The translations under genes and the position numbers were made by a program. 64,000 nucleotides of DNA, from assembly GCA_030265395.1 (NCBI GenBank), contig JARFYF010000051.1, forward strand, positions 23,573,326 to 23,637,325. The letters run 5' to 3'. The notes under the pieces are model-generated. The model made no database searches, had not been told where the DNA came from, and worked only from the letters and a program-made list of their open reading frames with translations. This document shows, in pieces, positions 1 through 11,737 of the stretch; within the stretch, counting starts at the first letter, position 1; every line of letters starts with the position of its first letter. Source of the DNA: Rhina ancylostomus. Taxonomy: Eukaryota.

Positions 1-404
1 TTCAAGTTTCTGCGCGGTGAGCAGTTGGAAGAAGGAATGTCTGATTGATTGTTGTCACACAGATATGCTTCTCTTACTTTCACCCTCCATCTAATCTGAT
101 TGGAGGCTGAATCAATGGGTGCTGTAAGAAATCAATATGATGGATCATTTAGAAGTAGACCAATTAATTGTGACAATATCCAATTCGGTGAAAAAAAGTA
201 TCTTTTCTGATTGGTCACTCTTTCTAAGCCCTGTTGGAATGCATCAAGTGGGAGTACTGCATTAGCAGAGGAATATTCTGTCCAATGAGCTGTTAAGCTG
301 AGTTGATGCCTTTCCTTTCTGGTAGAAAATCTCCTGAAACTCTCAAAAGAGGAACAGAGGAATTCTTGGGCTTTGTCATGTTTATCTGTCAACAAACACC
401 ATAT

Positions 405-465
405 CACAAGATCACAAGATAAGAGAGTAGAAGTAGGCCATTCGGCCCACCGAGCCTCTTCCATG
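405..465 (-). mobile_element. CR1 LINE 3' tail fragment
   Basis: CACAAGATCACAAGAT...GTAGGCCATTCGGCCC is the reverse complement of the CR1 3' tail seen repeatedly in this window. Confidence 0.6.
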
Positions 466-517
466 GAAATGGAAATGAGAAGGGAGAAGTGGCGGTGGGG
501 GGGAAGAGGGAAAAAAA

Positions 518-668
518 AATTATCTGGTCATTTGTTTCAATGCTGTTTTGAGAAGGTAACTCATAAATGTACAAAATTCAAACACTGGCAATTCAAATGC
601 TTTTCTTCAAAAAAATACTTCAGGTCCTGCAGAAAACATAGAAGTTACTATATATAAATGTACATGCT
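518..668 (+). mobile_element. DeuSINE (SacSINE1-like) 3' fragment
   Basis: ATTATCTGGTCATT...TGCTGTTT and CTATATATAAATG tail resemble the copy at 49176-49692. Confidence 0.5.
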
Positions 669-874
669 TCCCCATCAGTTTGATGGTTTTGACAGTTGAN
701 NNNNNNNNNNNNNNNNNNNNNNNNNNNNNNNNNNNNNNNNNNNNNNNNNNNNNNNNNNNNNNNNNNNNNNNNNNNNNNNNNNNNNNNNNNNNNNNNNNNC
801 ATCAGTTTGATGGTTTTGACAGTTGAATAAAAACCCCAGAACAACATAGCATTGAAGTGTGAACTTGCTTAATT

Positions 875-1445
875 TATTTATGGGATGAGGGTGCACATTT
901 ATTGCCTATCCCTGTTTGCACCTGAGAAGGTAGCTGTTGAATGGTTGAATATTTTGGTGAGGGTTCCTCCATGATTCTGCTGAGCAGGGACTCCCAGATT
1001 TAACTACGAGCATCTATCATGGAACCATAGAAATGTATAGCACAGAAACGAGTCCTTATGACCCATATCATCCATGCCATTTGTGATACCTACCAACGCG
1101 AATCCTATTTGTCCACATTAGGCCCATTTCTCTATTGAAGTATCTGTCCAAACACCTTTCAAATGTTGTAATTGTATTTGCCTCCACCATTCCTTTAGAT
1201 GCTTGTTCCACACCAGTGACAATGAAGGAATGGCGATATATTTCCAAATTGTGCTTTGAAGGAGAAAATGCAGTGATGGTTTCCCATGAACCTACTGCCT
1301 TTGTTTTCCCATCTGGTACTGGTTGCAGGTTTGGGGGAGCTGTCATAGCAGGTTTGGAAACTAACTGTAATACCTTTGCAGCCATGGTGGGCCAGTGCCA
1401 AGGGGAATATATCTTCGGAGTGGTGGATTTAGCTGCCAATCATGC
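875..1445 (-). mobile_element. 3' end of tRNA-headed CR1/Jockey-group LINE (family B), split by a CR1 insertion
   Basis: CATTTATTGCCTATCCC...GAGAAGGT then CAGTGACAATGAAGGAATGGCGATATATTTCCAA; same motifs at 25780, 43075 and 46290. Confidence 0.7.
1015..1212 (-). mobile_element. CR1 3' tail nested in family B LINE
   Basis: CATAGAAATGTATAGCACAGAAAC...TATCTGTCCAAACACCTTTCAAATGTTGTAATTGT; ORF track shows MVEANTITTFERCLDRYF, a CR1 ORF2 C-terminus. Confidence 0.7.
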
Positions 1446-2330
1446 ATAATAATGACTACCTTATGAACTGAAAATCATATTTAAATGGAAATGACTCATA
1501 TCTTCCATGTTTCTTTTTTATATAGTTGAAATAAACGGAGGCATTCCAGCTATATTGCACATTCTTGCATTAATAGTGCTCTACATGCCATTTGCACATA
1601 CCCTAAATCAGTCGAGAAAAGACTTCAAATAGAGGTGGGATGTTTCTCCACGAGATGGATGAGAAGGTTGGGAAGTAGGTCACACCCAGCCTTTCTCCTG
1701 TAATTTCCAATTTCAAGAATCTGAAAACTAATATTATTGGTGGGGTTAGTCATTGACAAAACGATAATCTGGCAAATACACCAGTGAAGCAACAAAGTCT
1801 GTGTGACACCCAGAGTTTAATAGCAGGATCTAATACTGTTCCTTCCGCTTTTTCACACGGTCTCTCTCAATTACCCCTCCAAGCTAATTCCTTTCAATGT
1901 GTAATTTNNNNNNNNNNNNNNNNNNNNNNNNNNNNNNNNNNNNNNNNNNNNNNNNNNNNNNNNNNNAATCCTTTAAACCATTACACTTTTAAATAACAAC
2001 ATCTCAGAATGTTTGCAATTCCATATTTCACACTGTTATTTTATGACAAAATACTTTGTGTTCCAGCTGTTTTGCACCCAAAAAATATTTGCACTGATAA
2101 CAGGAAACTATTAACCCCTTGGGAAATGGGAAGTAGACTGATGTTGAAATATGCACTGGTGGTCAGATACTGTTGTATAATTTTTATTACAACTATCTTG
2201 ATGTAAACATACTACTTTAAAGGAAATGGAGAGTATTTCTAGTTGCATTAAAGTAACGGTATTTTTTGAAACATAAGAAAATTTCTGAAAATACACAGTA
2301 ATTCTATTTATAGCTGGAGAAAAATACCTT

Positions 2331-2802
2331 TGTAGCGGCTAGCTACGCAGAATAAAGACACAAGACACTCGTTTGGAGTCCAAGAGTCGAATGAACAACT
2401 GGGGTGCGTTGCCCCTTTAATAAACACCGTTCCCGTGCTGACGTCACGTGCGGGTCATGTGAGCTTCCCACGCGCGGGCTCCACTAGCCCAACAGTGCCC
2501 CATGCCATCTTGTGTTGGGGCCTCCGACAACGCTCACGATCCTGGGAGCCGGTTCGTGAAAGGTAAGTCGCCAGATANNNNNNNNNNNNNNNNNNNNNNN
2601 NNNNNNNNNNNNNNNNNNNNNNNNNNNNNNNNNNNNNNNNNNNNNNNNNNNNNNNNNNNNNNNNNNNNNNNNNNNNNGTGACCTTCCCGCGCGCGGGCTC
2701 CACTAGCCCAACAAAGAAGGAGTGCCCCGCGCCATCTTGTGTCGGGGCCTCCGATGACGCTCGCGATCCTGGGAGCCGGTTCGTGAAAGGTAAGTCGCCA
2801 CA
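2331..2802 (-). mobile_element. Gypsy-like LTR retrotransposon: one complete LTR (2331-2575) and a partial second LTR (2678-2802) flanking a gap
   Basis: Inverted termini TGTAGCGGCT...AGTCGCCACA; 4-bp TSD CCTT at 2327-2330 and 2803-2806; CpG-rich; two diverged direct copies. Confidence 0.75.
2439..2450. promoter_or_regulatory. Overlapping CRE (TGACGTCA) and E-box (CACGTG) in the LTR
   Basis: TGACGTCACGTG read directly; motif match only, function untested. Confidence 0.35.
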
Positions 2803-3329
2803 CCTTAATATTTCAGATAGGATGCAAATAATTTTGTTATTCATGCACTAAGATTTTTTAATAAAGGAGTCATCCTGTGGTATTTGAAAGGTTAATGCAT
2901 GTTGCATATTTTAGTAGTTATAATAGTCTGCAACAGATAAACTGTTATGGAATTACAGGAATTATGTTGTTCCTGCAAATTGCTAATTCTGAACATTGTA
3001 GCAGCGTTTGTCTAACAAAAGTTTTCTAATAATATTGACAGGCACATTTATCCAACAGTATTCCTCATCAGCCTTGTTATGAGCTTAGTAAGCAATGAAA
3101 ACAAAGTGTGCAAAGTCCTGTCGGCAGCCAGTCCAAACCAGCTTGGACTGGGTTAGAGGGCAAGGACAGCTTGGCATTTCGTAATAAAACACAATGAACC
3201 AAAACTTACTTAATCAAAGTTGTTTTATTTTACAGAATCAAGAATACATTTGCATCTTTGCATTTTTTTTCATGATGGCCAGGCAATTGCATGTTTTTCT
3301 CCCCCAAGTTCAGATAGGCGTCTTTGGAA

Positions 3330-3436
3330 ACTGCTGGGGCTTTGGTTTAATATCTCATTCAAAGGATGACAGTTCTGACATTGTGGTATTCACTCAACAT
3401 TCCAGCTGAAGTGTCAGGCTTGATTATTAGCTCACT
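3330..3436 (-). mobile_element. DeuSINE central fragment
   Basis: GGTTTAATATCTCATTCAAAGGATGACAG...GAAGTGTCAGGCTTGATT, similar to 10080-10165. Confidence 0.6.
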
Positions 3437-5188
3437 ATTAAAAGCAATTTTAACTGCTTTGCATTATGTTCACCCTTTCCCTCATGTGTATTGATCTTTG
3501 TTTCAATGCAATTAACTTTGAAGCAATTATGCAGAAGCACCTTGTTTGAGTCCATCCCACTTGGTTTATGGAATTGAAGCTCATGGGAGAATTTGAATCG
3601 CACAAGACACTCCTCACTTAAATCCAATGTGTTGAATTTGGGAGAGTTCAGCTGACTCTAAATTCTGTACTCATTAGATTAATAGGGGCCAGCCAATAGA
3701 ATGTTCAAGGGGTGAATCTACAATAGGCAGCCTCCATTACACAATCATTGCAAAGTATGTACAGAATTCTGCATTAATTGTGAACTTATTATTACATTTA
3801 TAAAGGGCATAACATCCTTAAAAGTTGTATGTGTTTTGGAAGCTTATCTTGCAACCTTATTAAAGGTACAAATATCATAATTGAGCAGTGCACCTTATAC
3901 TTTCTGATGCACCAGTTCAGTTCGAGAAGAATTGGTGAGGTTCCCCATACAAAACACGCCTGAACTCAAGATTTAAAATCAGTTGTGAATGAATAACCAT
4001 AGCTGTGGATGAGACAGAATAATTCAAAACATCAAAACACTTGGTTTTATGAAGGACAGAAAACGCAAAAGACATACATATAACTTGATTCAAAATGCAT
4101 GTGGTTTGATGTTCAGATGGAAGTTCCAATGATGTTCTCTAATTTGAAAGTTGACCTTTTAGTGTTTGGCTAGAGTACAAATTCAGCTAATTTAAGTTTT
4201 CCAGACCTGCAAGCTTATTTAATTTTCCACTCTCTCTGCAGGCTTTCATGCTGTGTTCCTCTTCCCTGCACAAGAAAAGTGCAATAAAAAAGGTGTTGGT
4301 TTAATTTAACAATGTTTATATTGTTTTTTCATATGGTGTCATTGAATTACTCATGGCTGCGGTTTCTGTTATAAGTATGTCAATAGTTATAAAGTCACAT
4401 AATAGGGTAAATTGGCCATTTTACACATATTACATTTGAAGATGAGTAGAGTACTCATAAAAGTGCACAATATTGATAAATTTACCATTTATACTTATTG
4501 CAGCTGAAGATGAGCACTGTACTCAATAGAACAAGTGTGCATTGTTCCAAACTCATGTTTATGAAATACTTGTGCTATCATTCTAAATTGTATGTGGTAG
4601 CTACAGTTAACTTTGACTGATAAGCAGAGTACACAATGTCTATGGGCCATAACAATTGACAGAAAATTGTTCTTCCAGAACTCATTGCTCATGGAAAAGC
4701 AACAAATATACAGGATCAGACTAGATCACACTTGGCAGGGGTAGATTTTGTGAAAACAACAATCTTGACATTACATTTTTACCTCTTAAAGTTACTTATA
4801 GTCTTTAATTTCCCAACAAAACCACACAAATATTCCACTTATAGTCTCTAGATGGGTTTAATCCTTTTGATGTCTTCAAGACCTGCAAATAACTTGCCTT
4901 GATATCGTAAAATTTCCCATATATTTTGCATATCTTAGTTAATATTGTGGGCCAGATTATGTAGGCCTGGTCCTGACAGCAGAATTCACTGCCACCTCTC
5001 CCACCATGCCTGCACTTACTTGGGCCAGATGCTGATGACCAGTCTTACAGGTCTTCTACATCCTAGGGTCCAGTAGTGTGATCCGGACAGCTACAGAATT
5101 TGTGGGGAAATAAGAAAGCCCCTTGCCTGGAACATTACAGATAAATTCAAATCCCTGGCAGAAATACCAGGTGGGGTACAGAGATGTC

Positions 5189-5725
5189 TTTTTTTTTCAA
5201 AAGTAAACTTTAGCAATAATAAAAAAGAAATATATACAAAGGAAGAACACAGTGCAAAATACAAAAGCTTAAGGTTGTTATATTCAGAGGTGTAAAACTT
5301 AAGGAGGAAAAAAAACCACAAACAAACATAGCACTATTGCCACTTACTTGGCTCCCTGAGGTGATACCCCTTTCACTGTTTGAGGGGCTTACCCCCCCAA
5401 CCCAGTCCCTCCTTGTGCAATCGCAGAAGGAGCCTGGTCTGTGGTCCTTCCCCACNNNNNNNNNNCACAGAACCTTAGCATTGGCTGCACCAAGCTTCAG
5501 CATGTCCCTCAGCTTGTACTCCTGCAGCATGGACTGTGCCAGTCTGCAGCATTCCTTTACAGACATCTCACTATTCTGGAAGACCAACAAGTTTCGGGCA
5601 GACCAAAGAGCATCCTTCACTGAATCGATGACCTTCCAGCAGCAGTTGATGTCTGTCTCGGTGTGAGTCTCTGAGAACAGCCCATAGATCAGAGAGTCTG
5701 CTGTCACGCAGCTGCTGGGATCCAA
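5189..5725 (-). mobile_element. Tx1 (L1 group) LINE, 5'-truncated 3' end
   Basis: ORF ...IYGLFSETHTETDINCCWKVIDSVKDALWSARNLLVFQ..CCRLA...YKLRD resembles the Tx1 ORF2 C-terminus; T-rich 3' UTR and oligo(A) tail at 5189. Confidence 0.85.
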
Positions 5726-5978
5726 AGTGAAGAGTACATTCTGAGGGACACACTAAAGCTCAGTGCACCCAAAGCAAAGGCCTTCTGAGGAAAGATCATA
5801 ATCTAGGGTCCTCCCATCATTGGAGCTGGGCCTTATGTAACAGCCTCTCAAATGCTTCACAAATGGATTGTTTAAGGAGGAAACGTGAGTGGCATTGAAT
5901 TAACAGTGTAGAGAAAGGAGTGTATCAATTAGATTGTCCATGTACATATTATGAATAAAGAATACTTATGAAAACAAA
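5721..5978 (+). mobile_element. Second, diverged Tx1 3' end in opposite orientation
   Basis: Encodes EEYILRDTLKLSAPKAKAF*GK, homologous to QEYKLRDMLKLGAANAKVL of the adjacent copy; ends ATGAATAAAGAATACTTATGAAAA. Confidence 0.7.
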
Positions 5979-6644
5979 TGGTGTCTCAGANNNNNNNNNN
6001 NNNNNNNNNNNNNNNNNNNNNNNNNNNNNNNNNNNNNNNNNNNNNNNNNNNNNNNNNNNNNNNNNNNNNNNNNNNNNNNNNNNNNNNNNNNNNNNNNNNN
6101 NNNNNNNNNNNNNNNNNNNNNNNNNNNNNNNNNNNNNNNNNNNNNNNNNNNNNNNNNNNNNNNNNNNNNNNNNNNNNNNNNNNNNNNNNNNNNNNNNNNN
6201 NNNNNNNNNNNNNAAGCAAAGTAAAGGCAGAACACCCAGACTGAAGACAGTACACTTTAGCAGCAGGTAATGTAACTGATAGGAATTGAAAATAACATTC
6301 ACAAGAAAAAGTTAGCAGAGTTGGAAGTTAACATGTTGGAAGAAACAGAGGCCCACCAGATCGGGAGTGAATGGGCGCATGTATAAACAGGATAGTGGGT
6401 TTAGTGGCCAAAGAGGTACAAAAGTAAAAGCATTATTACTGAAATTTATGGTAAAATTACTACAGAAATATCTAACCATTTAAGATTAACTTTGTCTCAA
6501 ATGAAATGGCAGCCAATTTCCCCTCTTTCATTATATTTACTGCAGTGGAAAGTGTTTTTGAGACTTTTTATGACCTTTTAATGACTCTTTGCACAATATG
6601 ATGATGCATATGAAGTTTCTTTTCTGGGATTTATGTCTATTTAG

Positions 6645-6691
6645 GTCACAAAGAACACAAGTTCAAATGTATCCAGCGTGAGGAAGCACAT
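6645..6691 (+). CDS. Candidate small internal exon, unknown gene
   Basis: tttatgtctatttag acceptor and gtatgt donor; open as (G)HKEHKFKCIQREEAH; no homology recognised. Confidence 0.25.
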
Positions 6692-7379
6692 GTATGTATG
6701 TTTACCAATTAGTTTCCACTTTACACAGAAAAACTGAGAAAATACAGTTCCTAAAAACCTTGAAGTAATTTATAACATAGCAGATAAGAATTGAAAACAG
6801 CTTTCAAATAAGCGTTTTTTTTCAAAGAAAACATGAATTTCCTCTTTATTGAGAATAAAGTGTATTTTCTGAACCTTCTCTTAGAAATCTGTGGAAGTGT
6901 ATTTCTCTATCAAGTCACTTGATAAAGGAAATATAGAAATGACTAAAATATAATGTTTCTCAAATATGCCTGTGTACTGACATACACCTTTGCTTCCTTC
7001 TGAGCCGAGCAAGGTACTCCATTCTGGAGTACATCGTAAGCAAATGCCATTGCCTAGTTTATACCAGGACTTTAATCTTGAACAGAAACCTTAGGATGTT
7101 TTATCCAAGGTTACTAAGACTTGTTCTGATACCTTCCTAACTGAAGAGATCAGTTAACTCAATATAAAGCCGGATTACTTCCTACCTGCATACAAAGCAG
7201 TACCTTTAAATGTGGGTCACCTGTTGAGCTCATCCCATATATTCTCATTGCCTTTTAACATAGTATGAAAAATGTGATGCAGTGTAGATTGCAAGGGAAC
7301 ATAATTGGCCAAATGATTGACAATCAGTCAGTGAATTTCTATAGCTGGATTTCTTCATATATATTCTTCATTTCTTCTA

Positions 7380-9707
7380 TAAGGATAAGTATGGACCTTG
7401 CAGGAAATTATTAAATTGGAGCAGGACAAACTATGAGATTATTGGGTAGGAACTAGGGAGAGTTCATTGGGAACAGCTGATTTTGGACAAGTTTACATCT
7501 GATATGTGAAGGGTGTTTAAAGACCAACTACACAGAGTACAGGACAGGTATGTCCCAGTAAGGAAGGACAAGGATGGCAGTGTAAAGGGTCCTTGGATTA
7601 GGAAAGAGGTGGTGAATTTAGTCAAGAAGGAAAAGGAATCATATGTAAGGTCTAGGAAGCTAAGATCAAACAGGGCGTGTGAGGATTATAAAGAAGCTAG
7701 AAAAGAACTCAAGAAGGGAATTAGAAGAGTCAGGAGGGCCGTGAAAAGTCCTTGGCAAGCGGGATTAAAGAAAATCCCATAACATTCTACATAGACATCA
7801 AGAGCAAGAGGATAACTAGGGAGACAGTAGGACCATTCAAGGATAAAGGAGGGAACATGTGCTTTGAGATCAACGATGTGGGTGAGGTCCTAAATGAGTA
7901 CATTGTATCAGTAATAACCTAGGAGAAGTATGTAGAGGAGAGTGGGATCAGTGTAGAGCACACTAATGGGCTGGGGTATTTTGAGATTAAGGAAGTGGTA
8001 CTGTTGGGTCTCTTGAAGAACGCTAAAGTGGATAAGTCCACAGGGCTTGATGGGATATACCACAAGTTATTCAGAGAGGCCACAGATGAGATTGCTGGGG
8101 CCTTGACCAAGATCTTCATGTCCTCTCTAGCTACAGGCAAGGTCCCAGAGGACTGGCGAGTAGCTAATGTTGTTCCATTGTCTAAGAAGGGAAATAGGGA
8201 TAATCCTGGTATCTATAGATTGGTGAGTGTCAAGTCAGTGTTAGGGAAGCTATTGGAGAGGATTCCTGGGACAAGAATTTATAAGCATTTGGAGAGCCAT
8301 GGCCTAATTAGGGACAGTCAGCAAGGCTTTGTGTGGGCCAGGTCATGTCTTACTAATTTGATTGAGTTCTTTGAGGAGGTGACATAGGTGATTGATGAAG
8401 GTAGAGCTGCGTATGTTGTCTATATGGATTTTAGTAAAAGAGGAAGGTCACATGGTATTTAGGGAGGAGATAGAAGTGGGAGATCTTAGGTTGAGAGACT
8501 ATCATGTTGGTAGCTGTGAGAGGGAGATGTCCTGAGGTGATGAGGGCAGAGATGGTGGGGTCATGGATTTTAGTAAGGTGTTTGACAAGGTCCCACATGG
8601 TAAGCTCATCCAGAAGATTGAGAACATGGTGATTTGGCCATTTGGATTCAGAATTAGCTTGTCTGTAGAAGATATAGGGTAGTGGTCAATGGGACTTATT
8701 TTGGCTGGAGGTCCATGACCAGTGGTGTTCCCCAGGGATCCATACCTCCACTGTTTGATATATATAAATGAGTCGGGTTAGTGAGTTCGCAGACGATACA
8801 AGGATTGGTGGTATTGTGGATAATGTAGAAGCTTGCCAAAGGATACAGCAGAATATAGATCAGATATGAGTGTAGAAATGGCAGATGGAGTTTAATCTGG
8901 CCAAGTGTGAAGTGTTGCACTTTGGGAGATCAAATGTAAAGGGAGAGGACGCAGTTAATGGCAGGACCTTAATGGTGTTGATGCACAGAGGAATCTTGGG
9001 GTTTACGTCCATAGCTCCCTGAAAATAGCTGCACAAGTTGATAGAGTAATAAAGAAGGGGCAAGGCATGCTTGCCTTTATTAGTTGAGGCACTGAGTTCA
9101 AATCAGGAAGTTATGTTGCAGCTTTGTAAAACTCCAGGTAAACCACATCCAGGGTATTGCATTCATTTCTGGTCGCTCCATTATAGGAAGGACATGGAGG
9201 CTTTGGCAAGGGTGCAGAAGAGGTTTACCAGAATGCTGCCTGGATTAGAGGGCTTGTGTTATGAGGCGATGTTAGACAAACCCATGTTGTTTCCTCTGGA
9301 GTGGCAGAAGCTGACTGGAGACCTGATAGAAGTTTATCAGATTATGAAAGGCATCGATAAAGTAGACAGGCAGTATCTTTTTCCCAGGGTCGAAATGTCT
9401 AGCACTAGAAGGCATGCATTTAAGGTGAGGCGGGGTAAGTTCAAAGGAAATGTGCAGGGCAAGGTTTTTTTTACACAAAGAGTGGTGGGTAGCTGGAATG
9501 CACTGCCGGGGGTGGTGATAGAGGCAAATACAACAGAGGTATTTAAGATGCTCTTAGATAAACACATGAATGTGCAGAGAATGGAGGGATATGGACATTG
9601 TGTAGGTAGAAGGGACTGGCTTAGTGGGCTTTTAGTTCTAGGTTTCTAGTTTGGCACAACATCATGGGTCAAAGGGTATATTCCTGTGCTACACTGTTCT
9701 ATGTTCG
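7380..9707 (+). mobile_element. CR1 (HER1-like) LINE, 5'-truncated with decayed ORF2
   Basis: KVDKSTGLDGIY, PEDWRVANVVPLSKKG, SCLTNLIEFFEEVT, SGVPQG, FADDT and VQKRFTRMLPGL motifs; tail TGTTCTATGTTC; stops and frameshifts. Confidence 0.95.
8438..8562 (-). mobile_element. Internal Penelope RT fragment inserted into CR1
   Basis: Minus strand reads DPTISALITSGHLPLTATNMIVSQPKISHFYLLPKYH (PLE FYxLPKIHK motif); flanked by the 14-bp direct repeat ATGGATTTTAGTAA. Confidence 0.8.
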
Positions 9708-9804
9708 TAAAGTATAGATGGAAATTGTCAGAATTATCAAAACTTACTACACTCAAATTCTTCAAGATGAAAGCTTCTGAAACTTTCTGATGAAAAAGGA
9801 AGTA

Positions 9805-10250
9805 AAAGAACTTTATAAATATGCCTTTCCCATCCCTTTCAAGCCATCCCAGAGCACTTTACAGTCAATGATCATTGAAATATAGTCACTGTTGTAATCT
9901 AGGAAATACAACAACCAACCTGCAAGCAACAAAGCCTCTCAATCAACAGTTTTCAAATGACAAAATAGTCCAGAGTGACAATTAATTATGGGCAATGTCA
10001 CTGGTAGTAAACCCCCTAAACTTCTTCAAAATAGAGCCATGGAACATCTTGTAACCACCTGAGAAAGCATGCAGGGTCTTGATTTAATGCCTTATCCAAA
10101 AGACAGCCCTCCTTTAGAGCAGCACTCCTTTGGTGCTGCACAAGAGTGTCAGACTAGACTTGTCTGCTCAGGTTACTGGTGTGAGACCAATACCCACAAT
10201 GTAGATCAGACCTTTAAGATCAGGAGAGCTGTCACAGTAGCAAAGTTGAA
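9805..10250 (-). mobile_element. DeuSINE (SacSINE1-like), near full length
   Basis: Collinear reverse-complement similarity to 49176-49692: tail, CTTCTTCAAAATAGAGCCATGG, AAAAGACAGC and GAGTGTCAG blocks. Confidence 0.8.
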
Positions 10251-11026
10251 AGGGGTGTTGATGAAACAAGAAGTTGTTTAGCAGAGCCATACATTCTGTA
10301 ATCAGCAGCGCTGACTCAACCTCAGAAGATTGAACAGATAATTTGGATGGCACACAGTGAATATGTGGAAAGGCTGCTCAGGGAGGCAGATGAAATGAAC
10401 CATGCTGGGAAATTTACAACAGCAGATTAGTTTTTATTGGATCGGGTTGCTGATGGGCAGAGAGATGAGGTAGAAGACTCACTGAAAAATATGAGTATAA
10501 TTTGTATACCAAATCTTTAGACACTACTGCTGATGGAATTCTCCCATCTTATCCTCTTTTCCTACACAAAAAGGATGTTACCATAGCAATTGCTTTTGCA
10601 AATATGAATTAATTTAAGTTAAGATAAAATTGTTGCTTTTTGGTGTTACACTTCCCTCCACGGCATATGTTTTGAGGGAATAAATTCCCTAAAGAAATTG
10701 TTCTTCGTTAACTTTGCCAAAGTCAATGAGGTTCAGAAGAAATCCACCCACTTCTTTGTATTCTTTCCTACGTGTAACCAAACTGCTCAGAAGTTACTTC
10801 TGCCTGGTGTGCTGTGAAAGGTATGAATCTTAACCATGTTAACAATGTATTGGAGAAAGGAGAAAATAATGGAACTACATATTCATTTCAGAAGTCACAT
10901 AGGGGCAGTTACATTGGTTCTGTACATTGCTTTCATGTTGCTCAACATCAATCTTTGCAGTTTGTAAATATGAGTACATAGCTGACATAAAATCTTTATT
11001 TTTGATGTCTTGTTGTTTACTCCCAG

Positions 11027-11077
11027 AAAATCTCTGAAGATAAGTATACTGGTTCAAACTATAGAAATCCACAGTGA
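11027..11077 (+). CDS. Candidate terminal coding exon, unknown gene
   Basis: Acceptor tcttgttgtttactcccag; reads KISEDKYTGSNYRNPQ*; phase-compatible with 6645-6691. Confidence 0.25.
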   Translation, partial: KISEDKYTGSNYRNPQ

Positions 11078-11549
11078 AACAATGGAAGTAAAGATTTCAC
11101 CCCTGTGGTGTTTACAGAAATTGATTTATTCAAGGAAAGAATTGGATGAAAATGGCAGAAAGGATTTTTTTTTCTTTGGATGTAGTTCAGCAGTGTTGAT
11201 TTGTTTCAAATCCATACATTGTCATTTTTACATTGATGGGGAGGATTTTTTTAAACTCTAAATAGGTCATTATCAATATCCGGATCAGGAAAGGTCACAT
11301 TGCATGTGTGACTGTGTACAAGTATTTATTTCAATCAAAGTGGAAACAATGGCAAATCAGATAAGTTTCAAATCTCACTTTGTATATAGGCTCTAAACCA
11401 TCACACTCAATGGAATCTTTCCTTGAAACATTTAACATGTAAATATTATATTACTCACTAATCCAAGAGCAAGTTGTGAGTTTAGTAAAATACTAATTAC
11501 ATCAGGAATTAGTTAAATATATGTAAAATATTAAGGCTGCTGGGAACAA

Positions 11550-11670
11550 AAGGAAAACAAGCTACCAGAAATACTCAACAGGTCAACCAACACCTATGCA
11601 GAGAGAAACGGAAATAGTGTTTCGGGATCTGATCAAAGTTCATGGTCTATTTGTAGTCTCTCTCTGTCAC
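11550..11670. mobile_element. Penelope terminal fragment, probably two pieces in inverted arrangement
   Basis: GAAATACTCAACAGGTCAACCAACACCTATGCAGAGAGAAAC...GTTTCGGG then TCTGATCAAAG; matches the other PLE ends here. Confidence 0.55.
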
Positions 11671-11737
11671 TTCTCAATTACCCCAACTTCCACTGCATAG
11701 CATTGGATCAGGGAGAAAAAAATAAGTNNNNNNNNNN

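Noticed and set aside
673-826. 27-bp direct repeat flanking a 100-N gap; similar cases near 20755/20880, 37275/37387 and 53209/53323
   Set aside because: Identical sequence on both sides of fixed-length gaps indicates contig-overlap artefacts, not TSDs or CRISPR repeats
1526-1634. Strong acceptor followed by an exon-like stretch; selenocysteine TGA considered
   Set aside because: Stops in all frames, weak donor and no SECIS evidence
3966-4003. Minus-strand peptide YGYSFTT resembling actin
   Set aside because: Only six residues match, and a stop follows shortly
9071-9649. 192-aa ORF as a functional gene or active element
   Set aside because: CR1 ORF2 C-terminus; the upstream RT has stops, frameshifts and an insertion
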